DNA of 64,000 nt from Paraspadella gotoi (GCA_051294375.1 JBJCIZ010000744.1:148206-212205); one strand, 5' to 3'. Counted from the stretch's first letter, positions 26,192-39,760 are shown. A program made the numbers and translations. Notes: generated by a model not told the origin, from the sequence alone.

Positions 26192-27002
26192 TGTCACTAT
26201 ACTCTAGCTACGTATAGTTTTTAGTTAGAGTTTTAGTCGCGTCGCGAGTGAACGCGGGAGAAACTCTATAAACTCCCTTTTCTGTCAGTCTATCGGTCTA
26301 TCCCATTATCCACTGGGTCTATCCCACTGGGTCTAATCCCACTGGGTCTATCCACTCTTTCTCATTTTGAATTTTAAAAACACAGGTTATATTAATGGTG
26401 CTATATATATATAATATATTATATATATAGAACCATTATGATTAATACTCGGTAATAAGGAAAATGAACTTGGGATATATGACTTGCATAATGCATATGT
26501 TTCATACTTGTTCACTGTGTTCAGATGTGTTCAGATATTTCAAATATTTACGGCTGGCGCAACATCTTGTGTTCCTCAGTCTTGTTTTCAATTTAAGTTT
26601 TCGAGTTTGTTTTTGTTTTTTTGTTTTGTTTTTTTTGAGTCTCTCCCGTTTGAGTCACTAGTGACTGCGGTTTCCAGATCGTTTACTCCTTATAAGCTTA
26701 GGGGATTATAGACACTAAGTATTACTATTACTAATAGGTAATAACAAGGTTAATTTTAGCTGAAAAAAATTTTTAACTGAAAAAACACATTTTCTTTATT
26801 ATAACTTTTCCTAAAAAGGGAAAAAAATTTTCAAGCAGTTTGTGAATTTACAAACATATCGCACGAACACACAAATTATTCCCTTATTATTTGAACTAAG
26901 AACCAAATTTTGTCATTAAAAATTGTAACATAATGTAATGTAATGTAATTTTAATGTATCGTAAGATCGACTGATTCAACAATTTCCAATTTTCCTCGTA
27001 AA

Positions 27003-27750
27003 CGCTGCTCCCGCTCGAAGACGCTGCTCTCCGCTGCTCCGCTGCTCCGCTGCTCTGCGCTGCTCTCCGCTGCTCTGCGCTGCTCTCCGCTGCTCCCACT
27101 CGAAGACGCTGCTCTCTGCTCTCCGCTGCTCCACTGCTCTCCCCTGCTCTTCGCTGCTCTCCGCTGCTCCGCTGCTCTCCGCTGCTGCCGCTCGAAGACG
27201 CTGCTCTCCACTCTCCGCTGCTCTCCGCTGCTCTCCGCTGCTCCGCTCGAAGACGCTGCTCTCCGCTCTCCGCTGCTCTCCGCTGCTCTCCCCTGCTCTC
27301 TGCTGCTCCGCTGCTCTCCGCTGCTCTCCGCTGCTGCCGCTCGAAGACGCTGCTCTACACTCTCCGCTGCTCCGCTGCTCTCCCCTGCTCTCCGCTGCTC
27401 TCCGCTGCTCCCGCTCGAAGACGCTGCTCTCCGCTCTCTGCCGCTCCGCTGCTCTCGCTGCTCTCGCTGCTGCCACTCGAAACACTGCTCTCCACTCTCC
27501 GCTGCTCCGCTGCTCTCCCCTGCTCTCCGCTGCTCTCCGCTGCTCTCCGCTGCTCCCGCTCGAAGACCGCTGCTCTCCGCTCTCCGCCGCTCCGCGCTCT
27601 CCGCTGCTCTCCGGCTGCTCCCGCTCGAAGACGCTGCTCTCCACTCTCCGCTGCTCCGCTGCTCTCCCCTGCTCTCCGCTGCTCTCCGCCGCTCTCCGCT
27701 GCTCTCCGCTGCTCCCCGCTGCTCTCGCTGCTCTCCGCTGCTCCGCTCAA
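27003..27750 (+). repeat. (GCTGCTCTCC)n GC-rich satellite with periodic CGCTCGAAGAC landmarks
   Basis: 8-10 bp units interrupted roughly every 55-95 bp by CTCGAAGAC. Copies at 37028-37775 and, noisier, at 39045-39695. Confidence 0.9.
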
Positions 27751-27820
27751 GAGTCTTCCGCGCGAAACGAAAACTCTTCCGTTTCTTCAAACTCACGACG
27801 TCGACGACCCTTGGTGAATT

Positions 27821-30800
27821 CTCCTCACCCTTGCCAGTTTTTAAAATCTTGCCACACTTTTTTTTTCGCCAGATTCATGATTTTTCGCCACTCTTTTGTT
27901 AAGGCGAGATCACCGACAAAACAAAGTCAAAACCAAAACTAAATAAAACAAAACCAAAAACAAAACAAAACAAAACCCGTGATCCAATATTTTTCGCAGA
28001 AAAATTCTAGAATTTTCAAATTTCCGTTATTTACCCTCATTCAAAATTGTAATTAATTTATATTCACCGTTTTTTTAACAGTTTCATTAGGCAACATTAG
28101 CTACTTCACTTGAATGAAGCGCTAAAGTTGACNNNNNNNNNNNNNNNNNNNNNNNNNTGAAGATGACCATCCGCAACTTCTTTAACTCCTCAAGCAGATA
28201 TGGAACGGGTCCTGGACATTGTCCAGTGGACAATGTTCACTTGTCCAGTGACATCGAACCATGCTAGGCGATTTATTCTCTGAGCCACTGGGTCACGACT
28301 GATAGGCGAAGTGAACTTGTAGCAATTCCCGATTGCACAATCGTCAATAGTCATGAAGCTTCGATTTTCTACCAACTGTCTCGACGCTTTGTTATGACAT
28401 TTTTTTTTTAACCCACATTTTGTAAAAGACTTAAATAATTCTCGCTCATGAATATCAATTTCTTTTTTTTTTTCCGAAAACGCTAATCATCCGCGGGCCT
28501 TTTGTTTCTCTCTCACTCGATTCCCCCGCCTCCCGAAACGATCGAAGCGCCCTCTCTATTCTTCTTCGACGGCCACGCCCCCATGGCCCCGCCGACGAGA
28601 GACGCCGTTCATTGTCTTCGAATCCGCCTCTGGGTTTTTTGGAGGCGAAACCAACTCTCCCCCCCCCTTCACCCAAAAGGGAAAAAAAATTAGTCAAAAT
28701 CTTTTTTTTCGAGTTGTCACTATACTCTAGCTACGAGATAGTTTTCTGACGAATTCTCTTGGCCTATAAAAACACAGGGGTTTGTAATATCTATTGTAAT
28801 ATATATAAGGTAAACAAATACAAAATAACACCCAAAGAGAAACGTTTCCTTCGGAGCCACGGCTAAAACTACCAAGATTTCGCGACAGAATCGACGAAGT
28901 ACAATTGTTTACATTTTACAAGAAAGAAAAGTGGTCATTTCTAAAACACTGGGCCGAGATTTCTTTGGGTTGCACCAGAGTATTCTGACACCGCCTCCTA
29001 AAATATAATTAATTAAGTACTATTAATTATTCAAAAGAAAACGAAAAGAAATGGAGGACGGAGCAAAACAAAATACTAAACAATACACGTGGCTCAGGAG
29101 AAAAAGATAAATGCACTAATAATTAGGATTAAACAAGTTGGATAAATGTGCTAAATAGTTATAACACTAAAAAAAGAGACGCGTCATAAAAACAGTTCTG
29201 CAGAATAAGCGGCAAAGCAAAGTAAATAGCAATATCAATAAATGATCAATCAAAACCAATATTTGGCAACTCAAATGTGAAACAAAAACTAAAAATGTTT
29301 ACATATTTCCTTGGCAACCTCAGCCTACTCTGACGGACGTACGTAACGCCATTGTTTAGCTTAGAAACGGATTCTGAATATGATTAGACTCAACTTAATA
29401 GCTGGCTAATAACTCGAATTAATTTCAAAAACTGTTGCTACTAATCTATCCAAACTCATATTGATGCAAAAAAAGTCTTATAAAATATTTCTTTATCAAG
29501 TGTGCAATTACACCAACTATGGGATCCTCGACATGGTTTCGCATCCTCATCTTGTTGTGAATCGCCAATGGCACCACCGGCATCTATGGTGCTTCCTGAA
29601 GCTTAAAAATTAATTAAGTGATTGAGATTGATTGATCAATTACAATATCAATAAAATATAAAAATAAGTAGTTGATATTGAATGATCGAAAAATATATCA
29701 ATAAAACTTTAAGAAGATAAGTGATTGATAATAATTATGACATATTTGATTAGCTTTTACTTGTCGTTGCTAAAAACAATAATGTGACGAATCAGTCCCG
29801 CACATTCTAATGCGGAAGTCACCAATTTCAACCGTATCGGTGATTAGATTTCTTTAATATGAGTGAATCATCACGGATAGGAATGCAATTTAATTCTTAC
29901 TGTAAATGAATAGACAACTAACAAATTAACCTTATTAATTAAATTATTAACTTTGCATTCCCATGATTATTACTTAGCCGTCACATAAAATAACGTTGAT
30001 CAATCGTCTAAATGGACCTTTTCTCGTAACCTTTGACTTTTGACCTTGGTCACCAGGAGGTCAGCGCCGCCTGTATTAAGATGTGTTCAGTCTCTCACTA
30101 TGAGCTGAATATTTTGCAAGTTATAATCATTGCAAGATTCTGGTACAACGCAATTCAAGTATTTTTTCAAAATTTTTAACATGTCACACTCCATCCTGTC
30201 CCTCTTTCAAAAAAATTAATGCATCAAAAAAAATATCATTATTTAATTATTATCATCAATACAGTTACTTTATCAATATAACTGACATTTTAATTTATTA
30301 TTCCCTTAACATTGTTATTAACATTATGAATAACAAATTAAATTTGGAAAAGTAACTGCATTTCTTATTTATTCATGATAAAATTGTAAAAATTTTCTTT
30401 CTTTTACAAAAGACAAGACAACAACAACGCGTGCAAGGCGTGAAGAGTATACATGAAAAGCAACGTGAGGGATGTGCAGCATATAACAGGAAAAGCACAA
30501 AAACATTTGTTAAAACAAATATTTTATCATCTTAACATTCATTTAAAAGTAATCCATAAAATTTATTTAATCTACGAGTTGTAGTTTTTATTTAATCCAA
30601 AATATTCTCCATATAACTTTTAATAAAATTGAAAATACGTGATACCATAGCTGGATCCTGTATCCAGAGTTTCCTTTTTGTATTAATGGAGAGACGAATT
30701 TTAATCGTGAGTTTCAAACAAGGTGACAGTTCTATGTCAACATACTCGTAACATGTACATTGTTCTAATCCTGCGCAGGGCTTATACCTCTTTTACAAAA

Positions 30801-33800
30801 CCTGTGGCCCACACTTCTGTGAGCTTGTAGCGCGCTATCTCGCGGCGAGTGTGGATTTGAGCGAGTGTGGATCCTGGAACTGTGGGATTCCTTAAAGAGA
30901 AAACATTAGGAAAACAAAACGAAAGAAATGTTGCTTATTGTTCAAGTAAAATGAAAATTTAATTTTCCAATTAATCACTCACTACCCCTCCACAAAAATT
31001 TTCATTATCGTCACTCCCAACCATGACGAAACAAGTTTCCCTTGCATACGGTAGAAATGGCAAGTTTTAATCTTTCCTTAACCAGTCTATTCATCCCTGG
31101 TGTGTAATACTTCAGAGCAATCAATTTAAACGTAGTCTGGGCCGAACAGTGTCCATATCATGTCTCCCAGATGACTTCAAAACAGGAAGTCTTTGTCAAT
31201 CAGAACCAGAAAATGTGGAGAATCCCTTTCTCTCACAAAAATTCTGTAAATAATATCTGTTCGTTCCAGAAAATGTGGAGAATACCTTTCTCTCACAAAA
31301 ATTCTGTAAATTATACCTTGTTCATTCATCTTAAATAGAGAAATATGCCTTAGCACAGTAAGTTTAACGAATCTAGTAACAGACATTCATTCTTGTCTGG
31401 CGTAGTAGACGGATCAGAGATCCATAACTTCCACTTAACAATGGAAGGGGATTCTGCTTGTAACACTTTTATCTTGTAAGAAACGGGTCCGGCGTTCAGG
31501 CAACTGGATATCCTTATATTCATCTGTAATCTCTAAAACCTTTGTCCCGCTGAGGATCTCCTCAGAAGACGAAATGAGCGCTTTTTCTTTATCATCATGC
31601 GCATTAGAAGAAATTTGATTGGGAGGATTTTTATAAAGATGCAAATGCAGTAAATCACAACAGCAAGTGCAGTGAGAATCACCTGTGCGGTCATATACAC
31701 ACAGGTATAAGAGACGCATTTTGAGCGTAGATTTGGACCTTTCATTTTGAGTCGAGTTTTACGTCTAGCTAGACGCCCGATTTTAACATCACCACCGGTA
31801 GGTTAGATTCGGCATACAACCCAGAGGGTTGGTCCGCCTGGACACTCGCCCAGTGGTAGCCTCAGTCGTAGACACCCCCAAAATAGATTCTGAATTTTCC
31901 AAACTTATATCTACATTTTAAGTTTGCCAAGGGGCCCTTTTACCCGCCTCAAAGTACCTATTCATGACTTTCTCTTGTTACTAGAGAAAAGACTTGAAAG
32001 TGAACAATACCACCATGAGATTTATATATGACTAGGTTACAAAAACATTCCCAGCAGTGGTTGCATCGCTAAGCACCTCATCTCTGGGCAACTACCTTGT
32101 TAGCTGATCCGCAGCATTCAAAAACGAAGGAATAAACGGACTGGTATATCAAAATCTTAGAGAAGTGCTGTAACAAGTTCATTCTCTTTTCATCAGACAG
32201 AGCTTCTTTCTGAGCATCCGTCAATAAAACATAATCATCACCTTCAATAGGGGGCACGAAGTACCCCAGTCCTATTATTATATATTATCTATTGTTAATT
32301 TTTACACAATTTTCCCAACAATGACTTTAAACTAATTATGTCCGTGGGTGGTATAAGATCACGCAAATTCCGACTTTGAGAAAGGAGAGTTTTAGAAACA
32401 ACAGGTTGCATCTACTTGTGTTTAGTAAATTTCGCAAAGTGAATTATGATGTCATAATGGTTGTACCAATTCATAGTATAATCCTATGTATATATCACAT
32501 ATTGGATTAGGATATTCTAACATTTTATCATTTATTAGTATATTTAATACTAAATTATCATTTACATACTTAATATATTAAAGTTATTTATCATACATAG
32601 TTAAGCATTGAGATGTTTTAATGTAACAGAACAACTATGTAATATACAAGGTAACACTCTAAATTAGTTGCCCTATCCTATTTTAATTTAACAGTTTAAA
32701 TATTTAAAATTTTAAGATATAATTGTTTTTAGTTTATATAGTTAAACCTTCACCTTTCACCCATCTTCCAAAATCAACATTTTATTCTTAAAATTTTAGA
32801 ATATAAAACTATCTTCCACCAACATTAGAAAAAGTATGATAGAATCACCTATTTATAACCAATCACTTAATGAAAACAGAAAGAGTTCATCCAAATAAAA
32901 TTGAATGAATTCAATAAAATTCATAGCAAAATTAATGATGCCAGTTTACCCTTAATAATGTTCATCTTTTCCATATTTCCAAACCATAAACACATACATT
33001 AATATACTATATTATATAAAAATAATTTTATATAAGAATTCGAATAAACACATTTTATTCACTAACCATTTTATAATTTCACCCTGTATTCATTAAGGCG
33101 GATCAAAATTTGATCACTTCTTCTGAATGTATAATTCAACTGTCTATCAGTATACTTAATTAATATTACTATTATTTCTTTTAATATTAAACCCCAAAGC
33201 ATTAAATATTAATCAAAGCATAGGTAATGAAGATTTGATCTCTTCCAAAAAAATCTTATTATAGAATAAAGAATTTACTTTTATATAAATATAATTAACT
33301 TCCAATATATAAAAAATAGATTAAAATTTAATTTTAATATTTATTCTTAAGACCAGTAATAAACTTATAGATAGTATAATAAACAAGTAATCTTGTCAAG
33401 ATTAAAAATCTTTATATAATTATATTACTAATATATAATTACATAGTTCAAAATTATTTTATTTTTAAATAATATCCCAATCTATTACTATAGAATAAAA
33501 TAATTATATATAAAATGATTTTAAAATATATAATGTTAAAATCGCATGTTCTAAACATAACTCACAACTGGTAAAGCTTAGCTTTATAATAATTGTCAAA
33601 TTGTCTAACTCAAACTACATTCTTTCTAGGCCATATTGCTATTACCTATTACCATTTTTATCCTTCAAAATGTAACATCACTTAATACGTTTCACCTTAC
33701 AATACCGGGTGCCAAAAAATTTTAAAATAGATCATTAAAGTTGCGCGTTTTTAAAACAGCCCTACTAGTGACATATGATATTATCGCATTTTAATGACAT

Positions 33801-36800
33801 GTAATGATTCCGTTAAAGTCATTTAAACTTTAAAGTCATAAAAAAATATTTCCAGGCACTCTGCACTGATCCCAGGGAAAAGGGCGGCGTTGCGGCGCCC
33901 GCCGCGCTCGCCGCTTTCTCACGATCGGCGGAAAGAAGTCGTCGTCGTATTTCTTTTCCAGCTGTCTTTCAGACTGCAGCTGCTGCTGCTGCTTTCGATC
34001 CAGAAAGAGAGACGTAACTTTTCCTTTGACCGTTGCTCGTCAGCTGCTTTCTTTTCAGACGAAGAGAAGAGACCAAAGACTGCTGCTGTGATCCATGCAC
34101 AGCAAAGTCGTCGATCCTTGCCGCTGCTGCTGATTGCTGCGCACCGGTTCCGTTCGTGAGCCTGGGAACTGAATCTTGGTGGTCGGCGAAGCCCGGCTGT
34201 TCGTCGCCGGGTCGGTTGCGACTTTTTTCCAGACGTAGAAGGACGATGCGTTGCAAACCCGTGAGAAACGTGTGTCGAGAGCGTGAGGAGTTGAGGAGAT
34301 GACATCCACCTTGAGGAAGTCCAGGTGGTGGAGAAGGCGACAGGTTTCTTTGTTTTCATTTTGCAGAAATTGAGAGTTTGAGAGACGAGAGTTGAGAGTG
34401 AGATAGAGAGTTGAGAGTTGAGAATAGAGAGTTGAGAGTTGAGAATAAAGAGTTGAGAGTTGAAAATCGAGAATCGAGAATCGAGAATACAGAAAAGATG
34501 TGAAGACGAAAAGTTCATTTTGGTTAAGTTTAGTTTAATTCTTTCCTTTTTTTCATTTTCTTGTTCTTGTTGTTCCAAAAACAAATGCAGAATTAGATGA
34601 TCGTTGTCGTCGTCGTTGTCTTCAAAAGATTCCATTCATCTCATACCCCGTTCTCGTGAAAAAAAGGAGTCTGAACATCTTGAATCTTGTATATTCTTCT
34701 TAAACTTGAAAGCGTGAGCTTCTTTTCATAGAATCACGAAATCATGTCAATTTTAACGGTCATTGCCGATGTTAAACAATAAAGGCCATCGTCGATGCAT
34801 CGAATGTCGCGAGTCGTTTATCGTTACGACTTCTGCGTCGATGCATCCGTCGAATTTTAAACAAGAATAACGACGTAGATAGACTGAACGCACGATGCGT
34901 GCATCGGAATCTCATTGAGTCGCGTTAAGCGTCGAAAATTAGTCCAAACGATCGTGTACTGGAATTTTATTTAGAAAAGATTTGTTTATTTACTCTTTGT
35001 TTAGAATTCAATATCGCAAAGAAGACAGTTTAAACGGTTGTTCAACTAATTTCGATCAATGAAAATTAGTTTAAATATCAGATTCGTGGGAAAATTGGTT
35101 CGACGATGAAAGTCACAGGATTGAAACTGGCGTCGATATCCTCTCATCAACCGTAGAAGACAGATTCCATAAGACAGTGAATTCGTATCATTATGAAACG
35201 CGAATGTCAAATGACTTTCCAACGAAAAATAAAATGCTTCCATCGATCGAGACGTACCATTTTCGCCTTTGTTTTAACTGAAAGTTCAAACTTTAGATCC
35301 TTAAAATAATTCACATCCATTGAAACGCTCTTCCACCCCACGTTTAAACGAGAAAATCGCCGCTATGAAGCTCCGGCAAAGAAAAACTAAGCGTGAAAAG
35401 GCGTTAGTTTCAGAATTTCCGGCCGTCGCGCGTCGTTCGCGTTTAAAAGAAAGTTTGACGTCGAGGCTCCGGCAAGAGAGAATTCACTCGTAAAATACGG
35501 GTCGAAATTCTTCGAAAAGCGGAGGCGACGTATCGTGAGAGGAGAAGTCTAGAAAAAAAATAAGGAAATCATTATTTCGTCGGCAAACGAGGCAAAATCT
35601 CGAGCGTTATAACAAATAGAGAGACGTTCGCCGCGAAACACCGTCCACAAATCAAGTTGATCAAAAAAAATCCAAAAATCGTTGCTATCCCGGCAAGAAG
35701 AAATGCGAAAATTCGCAAGCTTCAAAATCTCCAGGCGACAAAAAAATTATTCTCGAAGTGACGGAGAGCGACAACGTTTAGTAACATTAGACAGTCCGTT
35801 TTAAAATATTGGAGCCTTCGGAACCCTCCGGAAACGTGTAAAAAAAATAATAAAAAAATCGAAAAGTCAATATTTATTTAAAAAAATATTTCTGCCCCTA
35901 CATTCGACAAACGTCATATTATAGCGACGAAGAGAAAATTTTTTATAGCGCACTCTCGTCGATATGCAGGGAAACCAGGTTATCCTCTAACCTAATTATT
36001 TTTTCATACGGATTAACGTCTACGTCGACGTCGCTTCACGTGAAGCGAAGGTCGAGTTTAACATCTACACGCGCAGATGTGAGACTTTACCCGGGGAATA
36101 CCCACTTAATTACTTATAATTATCACTTAAATATACATATAAATATCACACACCCCACCCACTTAAGTAGCGTAGCGCACAGAAACGTGGCGGACCGAAC
36201 AAAGCCGATGCCACCATGTCACTATACTCTAGCTACGTATAGTTTTTAGTTAGAGTTTTAGTCGCGTCGCGAGTGAACGCGGGAGAAACTCTATAAACTC
36301 CCTTTTCTGTCAGTCTATCGGTCTATCCCATTATCCACTGGGTCTATCCCACTGGGTCTAATCCCACTGGGTCTATCCACTCTTTCTCATTTTGAATTTT
36401 AAAAACACAGGTTATATTAATGGTGCTATATATATATAATATATTATATATATAGAACCATTATGATTAATACTCGGTAATAAGGAAAATGAACTTGGGA
36501 TATATGACTTGCATAATGCATATGTTTCATACTTGTTCACTGTGTTCAGATGTGTTCAGATATTTCAAATATTTACGGCTGGCGCAACATCTTGTGTTCC
36601 TCAGTCTTGTTTTCAATTTAAGTTTTCGAGTTTGTTTTTGTTTTTTTGTTTTGTTTTTTTTGAGTCTCTCCCGTTTGAGTCACTAGTGACTGCGGTTTCC
36701 AGATCGTTTACTCCTTATAAGCTTAGGGGATTATAGACACTAAGTATTACTATTACTAATAGGTAATAACAAGGTTAATTTTAGCTGAAAAAAATTTTTA

Positions 36801-37845
36801 ACTGAAAAAACACATTTTCTTTATTATAACTTTTCCTAAAAAGGGAAAAAAATTTTCAAGCAGTTTGTGAATTTACAAACATATCGCACGAACACACAAA
36901 TTATTCCCTTATTATTTGAACTAAGAACCAAATTTTGTCATTAAAAATTGTAACATAATGTAATGTAATGTAATTTTAATGTATCGTAAGATCGACTGAT
37001 TCAACAATTTCCAATTTTCCTCGTAAACGCTGCTCCCGCTCGAAGACGCTGCTCTCCGCTGCTCCGCTGCTCCGCTGCTCTGCGCTGCTCTCCGCTGCTC
37101 TGCGCTGCTCTCCGCTGCTCCCACTCGAAGACGCTGCTCTCTGCTCTCCGCTGCTCCACTGCTCTCCCCTGCTCTTCGCTGCTCTCCGCTGCTCCGCTGC
37201 TCTCCGCTGCTGCCGCTCGAAGACGCTGCTCTCCACTCTCCGCTGCTCTCCGCTGCTCTCCGCTGCTCCGCTCGAAGACGCTGCTCTCCGCTCTCCGCTG
37301 CTCTCCGCTGCTCTCCCCTGCTCTCTGCTGCTCCGCTGCTCTCCGCTGCTCTCCGCTGCTGCCGCTCGAAGACGCTGCTCTACACTCTCCGCTGCTCCGC
37401 TGCTCTCCCCTGCTCTCCGCTGCTCTCCGCTGCTCCCGCTCGAAGACGCTGCTCTCCGCTCTCTGCCGCTCCGCTGCTCTCGCTGCTCTCGCTGCTGCCA
37501 CTCGAAACACTGCTCTCCACTCTCCGCTGCTCCGCTGCTCTCCCCTGCTCTCCGCTGCTCTCCGCTGCTCTCCGCTGCTCCCGCTCGAAGACCGCTGCTC
37601 TCCGCTCTCCGCCGCTCCGCGCTCTCCGCTGCTCTCCGGCTGCTCCCGCTCGAAGACGCTGCTCTCCACTCTCCGCTGCTCCGCTGCTCTCCCCTGCTCT
37701 CCGCTGCTCTCCGCCGCTCTCCGCTGCTCTCCGCTGCTCCCCGCTGCTCTCGCTGCTCTCCGCTGCTCCGCTCAAGAGTCTTCCGCGCGAAACGAAAACT
37801 CTTCCGTTTCTTCAAACTCACGACGTCGACGACCCTTGGTGAATT
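27821..37845 (+). repeat. Second unit of a 10,025-bp tandem duplication (copy of ~17800-27820)
   Basis: All ORFs recur identically at +10025 (e.g. 21152 vs 31177, 23894 vs 33919), and both units end at TTGGTGAATT. Confidence 0.95.
28715..36252 (-). mobile_element. 7.5 kb non-autonomous LTR retroelement, copy 2 (apparently identical to copy 1)
   Basis: 3' LTR 28715-28990, PBS 36205-36216, 5' LTR remnant 36217-36252. Confidence 0.75.
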
Positions 37846-39760
37846 GAGCCACTGGGTCACGACTGATAGGCGAAGTGAACTTGTAGCAATTCCCGATTGC
37901 ACAATCGTCAATAGTCATGAAGCTTCGATTTTCTACCAACTGTCTCGACGCTTTGGTTAAGACATTTTTTTTTTAAACCCACATTTTGTAAAAGACTTAA
38001 ATAATTCTCGCTCATGAATATCAATTTTCTTTTTTTTTTTTTCCGAAAACGCTAATCATCCGCGGGCCTTTTGTTTCTCTCTCACTCGATTCCCCCGCCT
38101 CCCGAAAACGATCGAAGCGCCCTCTCTATTCTTCTTTCGACGGCCACGCCCCCATGGCCCCGCCGACGAGAGACGCCGTTCATTGTCTTCGATTCCGCCT
38201 CTGGGTTTTTTGGAGGCGAAACCAACTCCCCCACCCCTTCACCCGAAAAGGGAAAAAAAATTAGTCAAAATCTTTTTTTCAAGTTTTGAGTTGCGTCGCG
38301 AGTGAACGCGGAGAAACTCTATAAACTCCCTTTTCTGTCAGTCTATCGGTCTATCCCATTATCCCACTGGGTCTATCCCACTGGGTCTATCCCACTGGGT
38401 CTATCCCACTCTTTCCCATTTTGAATTTTAAAAACACAGGTTATATTAATGGTGCTATATATATATAATATATTATATATATAGAACCATTATGATTAAT
38501 ACTCGGTAATAAGGAATTACTTGGGATATATGACTTGCATATGTTTCATACTTGTTCACTGTGTTCAGATATTTCAAATATTTACGGTGGCGCAACATCT
38601 TGTGTTCCTCAGTTCTTGTTTTCAATTTAAGTTTTCGAGTTTGTTTTTGTTTTTTTGTTTTTTGTTTTGTTTGAGTCTCTCCCGTTTTGAGTCACTAGTG
38701 ACTGCGGTTTCCAGATCGTTTACTCCTTATAAGCTTAGGGGATTATAGACACTAAAGTATTACTATTACTAATAGGTAATAACAAGGTTAATTTTTAGCT
38801 GAAAAAAATTTTTAACTGAAAAAACACATTTTCTTTTATTAAACTTTTCCTAAAAAAGAAAAAAAAAATTTCAAGCAGTTTGTGGATTTTACAAACATAT
38901 CGCACGAACACACAAATTATTCCCCTTATTATTTTGAACTAAGAACCAAATTTTGACATTAAAAATTTTAAAATAATGTAATGTAATGTAATTTAATGTA
39001 TCGTAAGATCGACTGATTCAACGATTTCCAATTTTCCTCGTAAACGCTGCTCCCGCTCGAAGACGCTGCTCTCCGCTCTCCGCTGCTCCGCTGCTCTGCC
39101 CTGCTCTCCGCTGCTCCGCTGCTCTCTGGCTCTCCGCTGCTCCACTGCTCTCCGCCTGCTGCTCTCGCTGCTCGCTGCTCTCGACTGCTGCCGCTGAGAC
39201 TGCTCTCCACCGCTGCTCTCCGCTGCTCTCGCTGCTGCGAGCCTGCTCCCGCTTCCGCGCTTGCTGCTCTCCCTGCCGGCTGCTCCGCTGTCTCTGCTGC
39301 TCTCCGCGCTGCGCTCAAGACGCTGCTCTAATCTGCTCTCCGCTGCTCCCCTGGCTCTCCGCTGCTCTCGGCTCGCTCGAAGACCTCTCCCGCCTGCTCC
39401 GCTCTCTCGCTGCTCCGCTCTGCCATCGACTGCCCACTTCGCTCTCGTTCTGCTCCCGCTGCTTTCGCGCTGCTCTCCGCTGCTCCACCGCTCGAAGACC
39501 GCTGCTTCTCCGCTCTCCGCCGCTCCCTGCTCTCCGCTGCTCTCCGTGCCTCTCGCTCCCTGGCTCGGAAGACGCTGCTCTCCACTCTCCGCGCTCCGCT
39601 GCTCTCCCCTGCTCTCCCCTGCTCTCCGCCGCTCCCGCTGCTTCCGCTGCTGCTCCGCTGCTCTCGCTGCTCTCGCGCTGTCTCCCGCTCCAAGAGTCTC
39701 CGCGCGAAACGAAAACTCTTCCGTTCTTCAAACTCACGACGTGACGGACCGCTTGGTGAT
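37846..39760 (+). repeat. Third, partial copy of the duplicated unit lacking the 7.5 kb element (empty site at ~38281)
   Basis: Matches 18227-18685, then jumps directly to the 26228-27818 homologue: ...AAAATCTTTTTTTC-AAGTTTTGAGTTGCGTCGCGAGTGAACGCG. Confidence 0.9.

Larger units (their letters stand above)
18690..26227 (-). mobile_element. ~7.5 kb non-autonomous (LARD-like) Gypsy-derived LTR retroelement, copy 1
   Basis: Minus-strand order: 5' LTR remnant ending ...TATAGTGACA (26192), PBS TGGTGGCATCGG (26191-26180), long leader, decayed RT-thumb/RNase H, PPT AGGAGGCGG (18974-18966), 3' LTR 18965-18690 with TGTCA...TGACA termini. GAGT occurs on both flanks (18686-18689, 26228-26231). The segment is absent from the third copy of the flanks at ~38281. 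Confidence 0.75.

Noticed and set aside
18690-26212. 21-bp terminal direct repeats as Replitron, Crypton or CACTA ends
   Set aside because: The adjacent PBS, PPT and TGTCA...TGACA boundaries explain them as LTR ends; no HUH, tyrosine recombinase or DDE ORF is present.
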